From contig NC_043023.1 in assembly GCF_006345805.1 (NCBI RefSeq), positions 15,190,001 to 15,254,000 of the forward strand: DNA of 64,000 nt, read 5' to 3'. This document shows, in pieces, positions 1 through 11,781 of this stretch. The stretch is from Octopus sinensis. Lineage: Eukaryota. The stretch's first letter is position 1, and the number at the start of each line of letters is the position of its first letter. The translations under genes and the position numbers were made by a program. A model generated the notes under the pieces. That model saw only the letters and a program-made list of their open reading frames with translations, was not told the DNA's origin and did no database searches.

Positions 1-615
1 AGAAAGACAAGACATAGTCTTTCTGCTAAATACACAATGTTTGAAATTTTAGGAACGGAATAAATCAATCAGATCGATTCCGAAAGGATGGAAGGCAAAA
101 AATCGGCACCGCCGGGATTCGAACTCGGAACTGATATACGCAAGAAATGGAGTCAGGCACGCTAACGATTCCACCAACTTAACCTTAAGAAATATTTTTA
201 AAAGAAAAAATAACGGAATATTGATTACAGGAGAATGTAATGAGAGAGATAAGGTTATGTTTAAAAAGGGGTCGGAAATACCTTGGAGGAATTGATTCTA
301 TAAAGGTAGGAGAGATGATTAAACGAACAGGTCAACAGCGACGGAATGACAGAATGACAGAATGAAAGAATGTAAATAGGTTTATAGGTAGGAAGGAATT
401 ATTAAGAGGAGGATCGCAGTGAATAAAAGCGGGAGAAAAACGGCAGAGGGTTGTAAGGGAGCCAGGGGAGTAAAAGGGTCGCAGTGAATGAGAAAGTATA
501 AGGGTACAGAGAAAGTATAAGGGTATAGGGAAAGACTGCCGTTTGTGCCTTCCACCCGCAAAATTAACAAAAAAAAAATTACATATGATAGAAAATTGAT
601 TATCTACCATATCTT

Positions 616-812
616 GGTACTATTTAAGAAGAGTCGTCCCGGTGCGCGCACTCGCGTACTCACGCATCCGCGCTAGCTAGTCGTGACTAGTCGATCCTTT
701 GTGTTTTTGTGTTTTATTTATTTTGTTTTTAAAAAAATATTTAGGTAGTCGTTGTAGGATCGACTAGCTAGCGCGGATGCGCGCACTGGGACCACTTTTC
801 TTAAATAGTACC
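616..812. mobile_element. MITE with GGTAC termini (Merlin-like, non-autonomous)
   Basis: TIR GGTACTATTTAAGAA...TTCTTAAATAGTACC; flanks ccatatctt (607-615) and ccatgtctt (813-821) form a 9-bp TSD with 1 mismatch. Confidence 0.8.
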
Positions 813-861
813 CCATGTCTTATAGTAGTAATGATGAGAAAGACATAAAAATGAAGAATTC

Positions 862-1263
862 GGATCTTTTCGGTTTGAACGGCAGTTTTTAAAAATAATT
901 TCCACATAACTAACCACTTTTAAACTTCGTATACTGGTAGAATGTGTTTATAAAACATCTTTTTCTCTTAGCTTTATTGAGAAAATTCTATGGTTTGTAA
1001 GATGTTTGTTGTTTTTATTCTGCAATTTCAACCAATCAATGACGTCTATTGAGGTGAAAACATTCTGTGCCGTATGAATATGTCCCTCGTTTAAGAAACA
1101 GATTGGGTTTATTTACATTTCTGAAGAAAAAAAGATACCCTTCCCCCCACCCCTAACCCTAAAACAAATTGAATTGCAATAGATCGATACTAGGGTCATA
1201 ATTATGGGTGACAATTTCATATGACACCGCTAGAAAAAACTGCCGTTCAAACCGAATAGATCC
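862..1263. mobile_element. GGATC-family MITE, short ~400-bp form
   Basis: TIR GGATCTTTTCGGTTTGAACGGCAGTTTTT / AAAAACTGCCGTTCAAACCGAATAGATCC; body shared with copies at 4617, 29522, 30343, 38589, 50388 and 55067; no TSD at this copy. Confidence 0.85.
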
Positions 1264-1350
1264 AAACCCGACGGCTCCAGAACTGAAGGGATTCAAGCCA
1301 CCAACATTTAGGCAGCAAGGAGAGACCGTGAAGACCTGTATGTTTAAGGC
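1264..1350 (-). mobile_element. Small CRE-clade non-LTR retrotransposon fragment (region before the RLE domain)
   Basis: Minus strand encodes ...IPSVLEPSG; DNA matches 14577-14605. Confidence 0.5.
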
Positions 1351-1384
1351 GCCCACCACAGCGGCATCTCGCCATAGAGATTCG

Positions 1385-1525
1385 ATCCAGAGATTTTGTC
1401 GTTAAGTACTTAACGATTTAAAGAATCAGCCCTCTAGAGGCAACATGGGACACAGCAGAAGGCTATTCTAGCTGGATTTGGTCGAAGAGGAAAACAGACG
1501 AAATGTAAAGTTTGAAGGCAATATT
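1385..1525 (+). mobile_element. Hero-like (RLE-type) non-LTR 3' fragment
   Basis: Encodes AIEIRSRDFV and ...AEGYSSWIWSKR; homologous to 24060-24170 and 51600-51720. Confidence 0.5.
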
Positions 1526-1564
1526 TCTGTTCTAAGGGACATAACTCTGAGTCATTATAATACC

Positions 1565-1797
1565 CATTTCTTTATTGCCCACAAGGGGCTAAATACAGAG
1601 GGGACAAACAAGGACAGACATAGGTATTAAGTCGATTACATCGACCCCAGTGCGTAACTGGTACTTAATTTATCGACCCCAAAAGGATGAAATGTAAAGT
1701 CGACCTAGGCGGAATTTGAACTCAGAATGTAGCGGTAGACGAAATACTGCTAAGCATTTCGCCCGGCGTGCTAACGATTCTGCCAGCTCGCCGCCTT
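1565..1797 (-). mobile_element. SINE family B
   Basis: Head ggcggcgagctggcagaa...gttagcacgccgggcgaaatgc, tail ...gcccctTGTGGG...aaagaaat; many copies in the window. Confidence 0.8.
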
Positions 1798-2054
1798 TAT
1801 ATAATTATAATAGCTTTGAAGTTTCACCGTTACCATGACAACGAACGGAGAGAGGTTACAACACGATGAAATTTCCAGACGGTTTAAATGTACATCGGAT
1901 ATTCAAGTGACTGGAATCTGTCAGTAGAATGCAACGCTAGACTGGTGACTTGGATGTGGCCGGGTCCACTTACAATATAACAAGTTAGGGGCTGTAACAC
2001 TTTCCTTCCATTGTCGAATTTTAACATTATATCAGTGACTGATATAGATTGGCA

Positions 2055-2450
2055 TATCTCGGTCGTATTGTGCGGAGAAAATCCCTGGAGAAAGACATCA
2101 TGCTCGGAATGGTCAGTGGCAAAAGAGGAAGAGGCCGACCAATGGAGAAGTTCTTAAGCAGATCAGGCCGAAAATGTCGCTAGAAGCTAGGATCACCAAG
2201 CATAGACAGGCATATTTCGGTTATATTATGCGGAGAAAATCCCTGGAGAAGGACATCATACTCAGAATGGTCAGTGGCAAGAGAGGAAGAGGCCGACCAA
2301 GAACCCACTGGCTTGACACCATCAAGAGTGATACCGGAATGGACATGGCCAATCTGAAGGAAGCGGCCCAGGATAGAACTGACTGGAGGACACTGATCCA
2401 ATGAGTGACCGAGAGTTGACTTCGACTGAGCGGATAGAGAGATAGATCAG
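2055..2450 (+). mobile_element. RTE-clade LINE 3' end
   Basis: ORF 2174-2404 has YFGYIMRR..GKRGRGRPRTHWLD..AAQDRTDWR, the RTE C-terminal signature; near-identical copies at 24380 and 51935. Confidence 0.85.
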
Positions 2451-2582
2451 TGACTGGGAAATATATTTTCTTCACACAACCTTTCACAGGGCCACCATCT
2501 ACCAACTGGCTCCATCACATCTTCACTAGATAACCACCATCATTAGCATTTAAGGAACAATATCAACCATTTGTTTGTCTCT

Positions 2583-2976
2583 TTCTCTTTCTTTACTTGT
2601 TTCAGTCATTTGACTGCGGCCATGCTGGAGCACCGCCTTTAGTCAAGCAAATAGACCCCGGGACTTTTTCTTTGTAAGCCCAGTACTTATTCTATTGGTC
2701 TCTTTTGCCGAACCGCTAAGTGACAGGAACATAAACACACCAGCATCGGTTGTCAAGCAATGCTAGGGGGACAAACACAGACACACAAATATATATATAT
2801 ATACATATATACGACAGGCTTCTTTCAGTTTCCGTCTACCAAATCCACTCACAAGGCATTGGTTGGCCCGGGGCTATAACAGAAGACACTTGCCCAATAT
2901 GCCACGCAGTGGGACTGAATCCGGAACCATGTGGTTGGTTAGCAAGCCACTTACCACACAGCCACTCCTGCGCCTA
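2583..2976 (-). mobile_element. SINE family A (tRNA-like head, internal (TA)n)
   Basis: Head ggcgcaggagtggctgtgtggtaag...ggttccgg-ttcagtccc with A/B-box-like motifs, (TA)n middle, tail gactgaaacaagtaaa. Confidence 0.85.
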
Positions 2977-3019
2977 TGATATTTAATCAAATAATATCAC
3001 CAAATTACGTTTATATATT

Positions 3020-3578
3020 TGTTTTGCAAGATTTTTTATGTGAAGTCGTGTGTTGAAACAGATATTGTTATATTTCGGAATGGTCATTTTGCCAGTTCAG
3101 CCAATAAAAACACACGCACTATATATTTGGTGTTATTTTGCTTCGGTGTTATTTATTTTTTACATTAATCTTAATTTTATTTCGGCCAGAGTTCTTTCTT
3201 CACACTCCTGTGACCTCATCAGTGGTCCTTTGCTTTCTTATTTGTGTGTTATTTATTGGCTAAACTGGCAAAATGACCATTCCTAAATAAAACAATATAT
3301 ATATATTTATGTTTTGCAAGATTTTTGATGTGAAATCGTGTGTTGAAACAGATATTGTTGTATTTCGGAATGGTCATTTTGCCAGTTTAGCCAATAAAAA
3401 TACACACACTATATATTTCGTGTTACTTTGCTTCAGTGTTATTTATTTTTTACATTAATCTTAATCTTATTTTGGCTGAAATATTTCAGCCAAAATAAGA
3501 TTAAGCTTAATGTAAAAAATAATTAACACTGAAGCAAAGTAACACCAAATATATAGTGCGTGTGTTTTTATTGGCTAA
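3020..3578. repeat. ~280-bp tandem duplication ending in a spacerless palindrome
   Basis: 3020-3290 repeated at 3300-3480; gctgaaat|atttcagc centred at 3482/3483 with ~95-bp arms. Confidence 0.75.
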
Positions 3579-4292
3579 CCCTTTCGTTACTGTATTTATT
3601 TTGAGATGCTCTGTGTTTCTTTCAATTACTTTAAATATAACAAAGAATTTAGTAAAATATCTTAGTTATCATTAAGCTAGTGTTAGGAACATAAATTGTG
3701 ACTAAGGTTTGGTGGAAGATTTTTATTAAAAACTTATGAAAACAAGACATTTGTACTCAGAGCCAGAACCGGTTTCAACCGAGTTGGTAATGAAAGGGTT
3801 AAGAATTGTTTCTCTTATATATTTTATCCCTTTCGTTACTGTATTTATTTTGAGATTCTCTTTATTTCTTTCAATTACTTTAAATATAACAAAGAATTTA
3901 GTAAAATAACTTAGTTATCATTCAGCTAGTGTTAGGAACATAAATTGTGACTAAGGTTTGGTGGAAGATTTTAATTAAAAACTTATGAAAACAAGACATT
4001 TGTACTACAGATTCAGAGGCAGTTTCAGCCGGGTTGGTATCAAAAGGGTAAAAATATCATGGTGACTTTAAGCCTTTTGTTACCATATTTCTGTTGAGAT
4101 GCTCTGTGTTCCTTTCACTTAATTTTAAATATAACAAAGAATTTACTCAAATAACTTAGTTATTATTAAGCTAGTGTTAGGGACATAAATTGTAACTAAG
4201 GTTTGGTGGAAGATTTTAATTCAAAACATATGAAAACAAGACATTTGTACTCAGAGCCAGAGCCGGTTTCAGCCGGGCTGGTATCGAAAGGG
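3579..4292. mobile_element. Three adjacent piggyBac-like MITEs (~220 bp each)
   Basis: CCCTTT...AAAGGG ends at TTAA-like sites (3579-3798, 3828-4048, 4072-4292); further copies at 32428-32641 and 47959-48178. Confidence 0.7.
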
Positions 4293-4616
4293 TTAAACTG
4301 GCAAAATGACCATTCCTAAATACAATATCACCAAATTATATAGCTTCAAAATAAACGTTTATTGCAGGTTGGTTTGAAGAATTGTGTAACTTTTATCATA
4401 CATTGATCCACTGTGTGAATTCTATAAATTATGTGTCACCATTACATCTTCTGGTTGAATGTCCCACATATAAAATGGTAAGAGAAAAAGAGTAAGACAA
4501 CTTTATTTTTGTTTCTGTTTATTAAATTAATTCACGGTGATTAAATTAATATCACAGTGATAAGGTTTCTCTCCTGTGTGAATATTTTTGTGAGGGGCAA
4601 GGTAACTTCTTCGAAA

Positions 4617-5027
4617 GGATCTTTTCGGTTTGACCGGCAGTTTTTAAAAATAATTTCCTCGTAACTAAACACTTTTAAACTTCGTATACTGGTAGAATGT
4701 GTTTATAAAACATCTTTTTCTCTTGGCTTTATTGAGAAAATTCTATACTTTGTAAGATATTTGTTGGGTTTTTTTCTTCAATTTCTGCAATTTCAACCAA
4801 TCAATGACATCTATTGAGGTGAAAACATTCTGTGTCGTATGAATATGTCTCTCGTTTAAGAAACAGATTGGATTTATTTACATTTCTGAAGGAAAAAGGA
4901 TACCCTTCCCCTCACCCCTAACCCTAAAACAGATTGAAATGCAATAGATCGATACTAGTGTCATAATTATGGGTGACATTTTCATATGACACCGCTAGAA
5001 AAACTGCCGTTCAAACCAAAAGGATCC
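4617..5027. mobile_element. GGATC-family MITE inserted in a fossil zinc finger
   Basis: GGATC...GATCC termini; 8-bp TSD cttcgaaa (4609-4616) / ctttgaaa (5028-5035). Confidence 0.85.
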
Positions 5028-5071
5028 CTTTGAAATAATGATTTACAACAACTATCACAGTGATATGGTTT

Positions 5072-6367
5072 CTATCCAGAATGAATGTTTTTGTGATATT
5101 TAAGTTTATTGTTTTGAGAGAATAATCGACCACAAATTTCACATTCAAATCGTTTCTCTCCTGTATGAGTGTATTTGTGAGTAGTAAGACCAGTCTTCTG
5201 AGAGAACAACTTTCCACAGACGTCACAGAGATAAGGTTTCTCATTTGTATGAATGTATTTGTGTGTCGTTAAGTTACCTAAGTGAATGAATGCTTTACCG
5301 CATATATCACAGTGATATGGCATCTCTCCTGAATGAATGTATTTATGAGAATTGAGGCTGCTTCTATGAGTGAAGAATTCACCACAAATATGACACTGAT
5401 ATGGTTTATCACCTGTATGTATGGATTTGTGATCTGCAAGGCCACTCTTTTGTGAGAATGATTTACCACAAATATCACATTCATATGGTTTCTCTCCTGT
5501 GTGAATTGACATATGATAAGTGAGGCCTCTCATTTGCGGGAAGGATTTACCACAAAAGTCACAATTGTATGGTTTCACTCCTGCGTGAACGGATTTGTGG
5601 TAAATAAGCCCACTCTTTTGAAAGAATGATTTACCACAGATATCGCAATGATGTGTCTTTTCATGAGTATGAAGAAGTTTGTGCGTAGCTAAAGTACTTG
5701 ATTGTGAAAAGGATTTACCACAGATGTCGCAGTGATGTGGTCTCTCTCCAGTATGAATGTATTCGTGACAAGCAAGGTGGCTTTTTCGAGAGAATGATCT
5801 ACCACAAATATCACATTGATATGGATGTTCTCCTGTATGACTGTATTTGTGAGATGTAAGCTGAATCTTCTGAACAAATGATTTCCCACAGGTATCACAC
5901 TGATACGGTTTCTCTCCTAAATGGATATGTTTGTGAGAGGTAAGGTTACATTTTTGAGAGAACGATTTACCACAGATATCGCAGTCATATGGTTTCTCAC
6001 CTGTATGAGTGCGTTTGTGATTAGCTAAGTTACCTCTGGAAGAGAATGATTTACCACAGACATCACAGCGATATCCTTTCTCTCCTGTATGAATATACTT
6101 GTGAGAAATAAGGCTATCGTTTTCAGAGAATGATTCACCACAGACATCACAGCGATATCCTTTCTCTCCTGTATGAATATACTTGTGAGAAATAAGGCTG
6201 TCGTTTTCAGAGAATGATTCACCACAGACATCACAGTGATATTCCTTTCCATCTGAATGAATACATTCGTGAACAGTAAGAGTTTCCTGATTAGAGAAAG
6301 ACATTTTACAGATATCACATTGGTATGATGAATCTTCACTTTCTTCTGTCATCTCTTGAGGATCCAT
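5072..6367 (-). CDS. C2H2 zinc-finger protein ZNF-a, 15 tandem fingers, 431 aa
   Basis: First ATG at 6367 (the listed ORF starts at a TTG); 14 aa plus 15 x C-x2-C-x12-H-x3-H with TGEKP-type linkers; acceptor ...tgtgtcatttcag at 6608. Confidence 0.9.
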   Translation of the reverse strand: MDPQEMTEESEDSSYQCDICKMSFSNQETLTVHECIHSDGKEYHCDVCGESFSENDSLISHKYIHTGEKGYRCDVCGESFSENDSLISHKYIHTGEKGYRCDVCGKSFSSRGNLANHKRTHTGEKPYDCDICGKSFSQKCNLTSHKHIHLGEKPYQCDTCGKSFVQKIQLTSHKYSHTGEHPYQCDICGRSFSRKSHLACHEYIHTGERPHHCDICGKSFSQSSTLATHKLLHTHEKTHHCDICGKSFFQKSGLIYHKSVHAGVKPYNCDFCGKSFPQMRGLTYHMSIHTGEKPYECDICGKSFSQKSGLADHKSIHTGDKPYQCHICGEFFTHRSSLNSHKYIHSGEMPYHCDICGKAFIHLGNLTTHKYIHTNEKPYLCDVCGKLFSQKTGLTTHKYTHTGEKRFECEICGRLFSQNNKLKYHKNIHSG

Positions 6368-6849
6368 TTTTTGTTCTATATTATACAAGCAGAAAACATA
6401 TATTTGCTTTGTTATTTATATAATTCTCTGTAGATTCAAATACTTCTGCTACATTTCCAGCAGTTCTGGTCTTCAATATCTGAAGATGATGTAAACATCT
6501 TTGCAGATTTTTCCATCTTCAAACAGAATGGGAAATCTTCAAGTGATAATCAATATTGATGATGTATCTGATGTAAAAACTCCTTTATACCACAAACATT
6601 TCACCTCCTGAAATGACACAGAAACAGAAGAAGATATAGGAAAGACTTAAAAAGCAGAGATTCAACAATAGAAAATATAACTACATTTTCATAATGATAA
6701 ACTGTGGATATAATCCTTTAGGTCGTCTTTGAAATATATTTTGATATTAAAATTATATGATACAACCTTGTGTAATGTCTACATATACACGGACTTCAGC
6801 TCCTCTTCTTTCAGATATTATGTAAAACGTTGAACTACAGAATATTGGA

Positions 6850-7810
6850 CAGTGGATGCCAGCACCACCTTGACTGGCTTCCGTGCCAGTGGCACGTAAA
6901 AAGCAACATTTGAGCATGGCTGTTGCCAGTACCGCCTGACTGGCCCTCGTGCCGGTGGAACGTAAAAGCACCAACTACACTCCCGAGTGGTTGGCATTAG
7001 GAAGGGCATCAAGCTGTAGAAACTCTGCCAGATCAGATTGGAGCCTGGTGCAGCCATCTGGTTCGTCAGTCCTCAGTCAAATCGTTCAACCCATGCTAGC
7101 ATGGAAAGCGGACATTAAACGATGATGATGATGATGAATTAGGTACCATCATCATTATAATTAGAGGGAGGAGGAGGAGGAGGAGGCAGAGAGCAGTAAC
7201 AATACTTACAACATGTGGAGGCTTGAGAGTTCGCAGGAATTCACTAGTCTGCTGGTAGTCAGTGTGAGCGGAGAAGGAGATATAGTGGCCGTTGCCAGCT
7301 TCATCTGGCACGTAAAATGCACCCACTACACTCACGGGAGGCTGGTTGGCGTTAGGAAGGGCAGCCAGCTGTAGAAACTAGCTCAGACTCTGCCAGATCA
7401 ACTGGAGCCGGTGCAGCCCGTGGTTTCCTCCCAGATCCTGGTCGAACCGTCCAACCATGCTAGATAAGCGGACATTAAACGATGATGATGATGAACATTC
7501 TACTATCTTCAGTAACTTGTTAAGTCACTGTTGTTTAACCCGAGGTTATCCCTGACTGAGCAGATCTATATTAATGAAATTAGGTAATGTTCATCATCCT
7601 CATCATCATCATCGTTTAATGTCCGCTTTCCATGCTAGCATGGGTTGGACAATTTGACTGAGGTCTGGTGAACCAGATGGCTGCACCAGTCTTCAATCTT
7701 GATTTGGCAGAGTTTCTACAGGATGCCCTTCCTAACGCCAACCACTCTGAGAGTGTAGTGGGTGCCTTTTACATGCCAGTCAGGCAGTACTGGCAACAAC
7801 CTCGCTCGAA
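6850..7810. mobile_element. Three RTE-type LINE 3'-tail fragments (two +, one -)
   Basis: Shared tail ...gttaggaagggcatccagctgtagaaac...catgctagcatggaaagcggacattaaacgatgatgatg ending in (GAT)n. Confidence 0.7.
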
Positions 7811-8164
7811 TCATCAAACATAACTACAATTTAGTGAACCAACCCATCATGACTTTTCCTCTCTTAACTTTATTAATAATAAAAACAAACTGCACTCACA
7901 TATGTTGAAGGTGTGGTCACTAATTTAGAGAAAGTGTTCTGTGAATTGACGTATGAAGAGTAGAGCTGTGACAGAATCTATTTCAATCTGGTTTTAATAA
8001 GCGTTTATAAAGGACGTCAGAAAGCAGCTCATTTATAACAAAACATTGCAAACTTGAAATAAAAGGCTTCCAACTCTTGATGGAAACACTCAAGCATTCC
8101 AATGGATGCCAGATGGGAACTTGAACTACGGATGATTTGAGCACTGATAATCTTAGTAAGATCC

Positions 8165-8825
8165 TACTACCCACAAGGGGCTAAACACAGAGAGGACAAA
8201 CAAGGACAGACAAACGGATTAAATCGATTATATCGACCCCAGTGCGTAACTGGTACTTAATTTATCGACCCCGAAAGGATGAAAGGCAAAGTCGACCTCG
8301 GCAGAATTTGAACTCAGAACGTAGCGGCAGACGAAATACAGCTAAGCATTTCGCCCGGCATGCTAACGTGTCTGCCAGCTCACCGCCTAAATCATCACCA
8401 TCATCATCGTTTATCATCCTCTTTTCCTGGCATGTGTTAAATGGCTTGACAAGAACGAATGCATGGTTTCTACAGCTGGATGCCTTTCCTAAGGCCAACC
8501 ACTTAACAAAGGATACTGGGTGGCACCAGCACTAGTGAGGTCACCAAGTACCCACACGATAAAACTACCCTAAGTGAGGCTTAGACGAAATACCTATTTC
8601 TTTACTACCCACAAGGGGCTAAACACAGGGGGGACAAACATGGACAGACAAACGGATTAAGTCGATTAGATCGACCCCAGTGCGTAACTGGTACTTATTT
8701 AATCGACCCCGAAAGGATGAAAGGCAAAGTCGACCTCGGTGGAATTTGAACTCAGAATGTAACGGCAGACGAAATACAGCTACGCATTTCACCCGGCGTG
8801 CTAACATTTCTGCCAGCTCGCCGCT
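8165..8825 (-). mobile_element. Two SINE family B copies (8165-8388, 8583-8825)
   Basis: Same consensus as 1565-1797. Confidence 0.8.
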
Positions 8826-9087
8826 GGATACCATGTAACATGATATCTAACCTGATACCTGGACTCATGCTACAGAGAAGCAGAAATATCATCTGGAAGA
8901 ATGGCTTGAGGACAACGAGTGAAATGATCAATGCATGTCAAGATGGAAGTATAACATTGCCTGACAGGCCAGGGTCCATCAAGATCAATGTGAATATGGC
9001 AGTAGTGTGCATCTGGGGTGCTGAAAGTGCCATGGGTGCACAAATGTGTTTATGCACCTTCACACTTATTGTTTCAATATATATATA

Positions 9088-9251
9088 GGCGCAGGAGTGG
9101 CTGTGTGGTAAGTAGCTTGTTTACCAACCACATGGTTCCAGGTTAAGTCCACACTGCGTGGCACCTTGGGCAAGTGTCTTCTACTATAGCCTCGGGCCGA
9201 CCAGAGCCTTGTGAGTGGATTTGGTAGACAGAAACTGAAAGAAGCCTGTCG

Positions 9252-9284
<33 letters not shown>

Positions 9285-9518
9285 GTATGTATGTATGTGA
9301 GTGTATATGTTCGTGTGCCTGTGTTTGTCCTCCTAGCATTGCTTGACAACCGATGCTGGTATGTTTACGTCACCGTAACTTAGCGGTTCAGCAAAAAGAG
9401 ACCGACAGAATAAGTACTGGGCTTAACAAAGAATAAGTCCCGGGGTCGATTTGCTCGACTAAAGGCGGTGCTCCAGCATGGCCGCAGTCAAATGACTGAA
9501 ACAAGTAAAAGAGAAAGA
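9088..9518 (+). mobile_element. SINE family A, full length
   Basis: Head, (TA)n and tail all present. Confidence 0.85.
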
Positions 9519-9621
9519 GATAGACAAAGAACAAGTTTCATCAACAATATCGTAGTAGTAACTGATAATTTTTCATAGGAAGACACTGCTTATCATTGAT
9601 TTTATTTCCTTATTAAACTAG

Positions 9622-9743
9622 ACAAAGAGAAAAACGATCGGTATGAAGAGTTGAAGCAGTGGCAGGACAAACACAAGTTTCATATCCAGCGGTTGGAGCG
9701 GATAATGCGAATGGTTGATAACGATGCTTTACCTCTTGACCAG
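9622..9743 (+). CDS. CNOT3: Isolated 122-nt exon of a CNOT3/Not3-like protein (N-terminal domain)
   Basis: Acceptor tttccttattaaactag, open frame (D)KEKNDRYEELKQWQDKHKFHIQRLERIMRMVDNDALPLDQ, donor cag|gtaagt; aligns without gaps to my recollection of the Not3 segment RH(K/R)(F/Y)H..xLExxxRxxDND. Confidence 0.75.
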
Positions 9744-9789
9744 GTAAGTAGTTCTCTGACCCCTCTGGACCCCCCTACTTAGAGATCCT

Positions 9790-10110
9790 TTATTGCACTG
9801 TAATTGATCTATTATTGATTGTCATGTTGCCAGCCTCGCCTGGCCTCCGTGCCGGTGGCATGTAAAAAGCCCCATCCGAGCGTGGCACCTGTGCAGGTGG
9901 CACCTCGTCTGGCACCTGTGCAGGTGGCACGTAAAGAGCACCCATTACACTCACGGAGTGGTTGGCGTTAGGAAGGGCATCCATCTGTAGAAACACTGCC
10001 AGATCAGACTGGAGCCTGGTGCAGCCTTCTGGCTTCCCAGACCCCAGTTAAACCGTCCAACCCATGCTAGCATGGAAAACGGACGTTAAACGATGATGAT
10101 GATGATGATT
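9790..10110 (+). mobile_element. RTE-type LINE 3' tail
   Basis: Same tail as 6850-7135, ending in (GAT)n. Confidence 0.7.
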
Positions 10111-10123
10111 ATTTCGATTTACT

Positions 10124-10430
10124 GGAGGCGCAATGGCCTAGTGGTTAGGGCAGCGGACTCGCGTCGCGCAGGATCGCGGTTTTCGATTACCCAGACGGGC
10201 GTTGTGTGTGGTGTGTTTATTGAGCGAAAACACCTAAAAAAAAGCTCCACGAGGCTCCGGAGGGGGTGGTGGTGATCCCTGCTGTACTCTTCACCATCTT
10301 TTCTTTGTTTGCCTGCTTGCTTAGCCGCGGGGCGGGTGGCGTTCATTCGAAGACTAAAACAATGCGAAGCGCATTGTGACCAGCGCTGTGTAACAACATC
10401 TGATGGCCTGGTCGGTCACGTGATCACGTG
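10124..10430 (+). mobile_element. SINE family C (tRNA-like head)
   Basis: ggaggcgcaatggcctagtggttagggcagcggactcg...ggtttcgatt; copies at 15364 and 51232. Confidence 0.75.
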
Positions 10431-10539
10431 ATTTAGATTTACTACTGGGGAGGGTGTAATCGAAATGTAGTTCCATTGATTCGGAAAGACGGCATTATAG
10501 TACACACACAGAAAGATAACGAAAAATTACCATATTTTC

Positions 10540-11255
10540 TCTCTTTTACTTGTTTCAGTCATTTGACCGCAGCCATGCTGGAGCACCGCCTTTAGTCGAG
10601 CAACTCGACCCCGGGACTTATTTTGTAAGCCCAGTACTTATTCTATCGGTCTATTTTTGCCGAACCGCTAAGTACCAGGGACGTAAACACACCAGCATCA
10701 GTTGTCAAGCAATGCTAGGGGGACATACACAGACACACAAACACACACACATATATATATATATATACATATATACGACGGGCTTCTTTTCAGTTTCCGT
10801 CTACCAAATCCCTTCACAAGGCTTTGGTCGGCCCGAGGCTATAGTAGAAGACACTTGCCCATGGTGCCACGCAGTGGGACTGAACCCAGAACTATGTGGT
10901 TGGTAAGCAAGCTACTTACCACACAGCAACTCGACCCCGGGACTTATTCTTTTGTAAACCCAGTACTTATTCTATCGGTCTCTTTTGCCGAACCGCTAAG
11001 TAACGGGGACGTAAACACACCAGCATCAGTTGTCAAGCAATGATAGGGACAAACACAGACACACACACAACACACGCATATATATACTATACATATATAC
11101 GACGGGCTTCTTTCAGTTCCGTCTACCAAATCCACTCACAAGGCTTTGGTCGGCCCGAGGCTATAGTAGAAGACACTTGCCCAAGGTGCCACGCAGTGGG
11201 ACTGAACCCGGGACCATGTGGTTGGTAGACAAGCTACTTACCACACAGCTACTCC
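10540..11255 (-). mobile_element. Two tandem SINE family A copies
   Basis: 10540-10925 and 10926-11255 share the family A consensus. Confidence 0.8.
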
Positions 11256-11781
11256 ATATGCGTACGTTTTGCTCAACAAAGATGGTGCGGTGTGGCTAGA
11301 GACGTTTGGCTGTTTTTTTCTAATAGGCCGAGTGCTACTGGAAAAATTCCCTCACAAACGAGTGAAAAATTTGCCCAAACCTTTTCACTGAGAAATCGGG
11401 GAGGGAGGTGTGTGAAAATTCCGAGCTTTTCCACCCATCCCAGCCCCGTTTTCTGAACAAAGAAAAGGGTTTTGTGGCATATTAGGAGCTCACCATAATT
11501 CAATTAACGGAAAAAGGGAATTTTCCAACAATTCCGAGGGTTCTCTCCCCTGCCCCCACTTTTCCCAAACCACAAAAATAAGGCATTTGCGGCATCGTAG
11601 GAGGTCAGGGCAGCTGACCCCACTCGAAAACCCCTACGGCTTTTTGTCTTTTTTTTCATTTTGTTTTGTGAGAAGCGTAGGGGTGAATAGGTGAAACGTT
11701 ATCAGCTTTTATCATTATGATACATATATTCGAACATATACATATATACATATATTCGAACATGGATTTATAAAAAAAAAA

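Noticed and set aside
8826-9070. Possible further CNOT3 exon upstream of 9622
   Set aside because: No convincing Not3 similarity in any frame and no clear splice sites.
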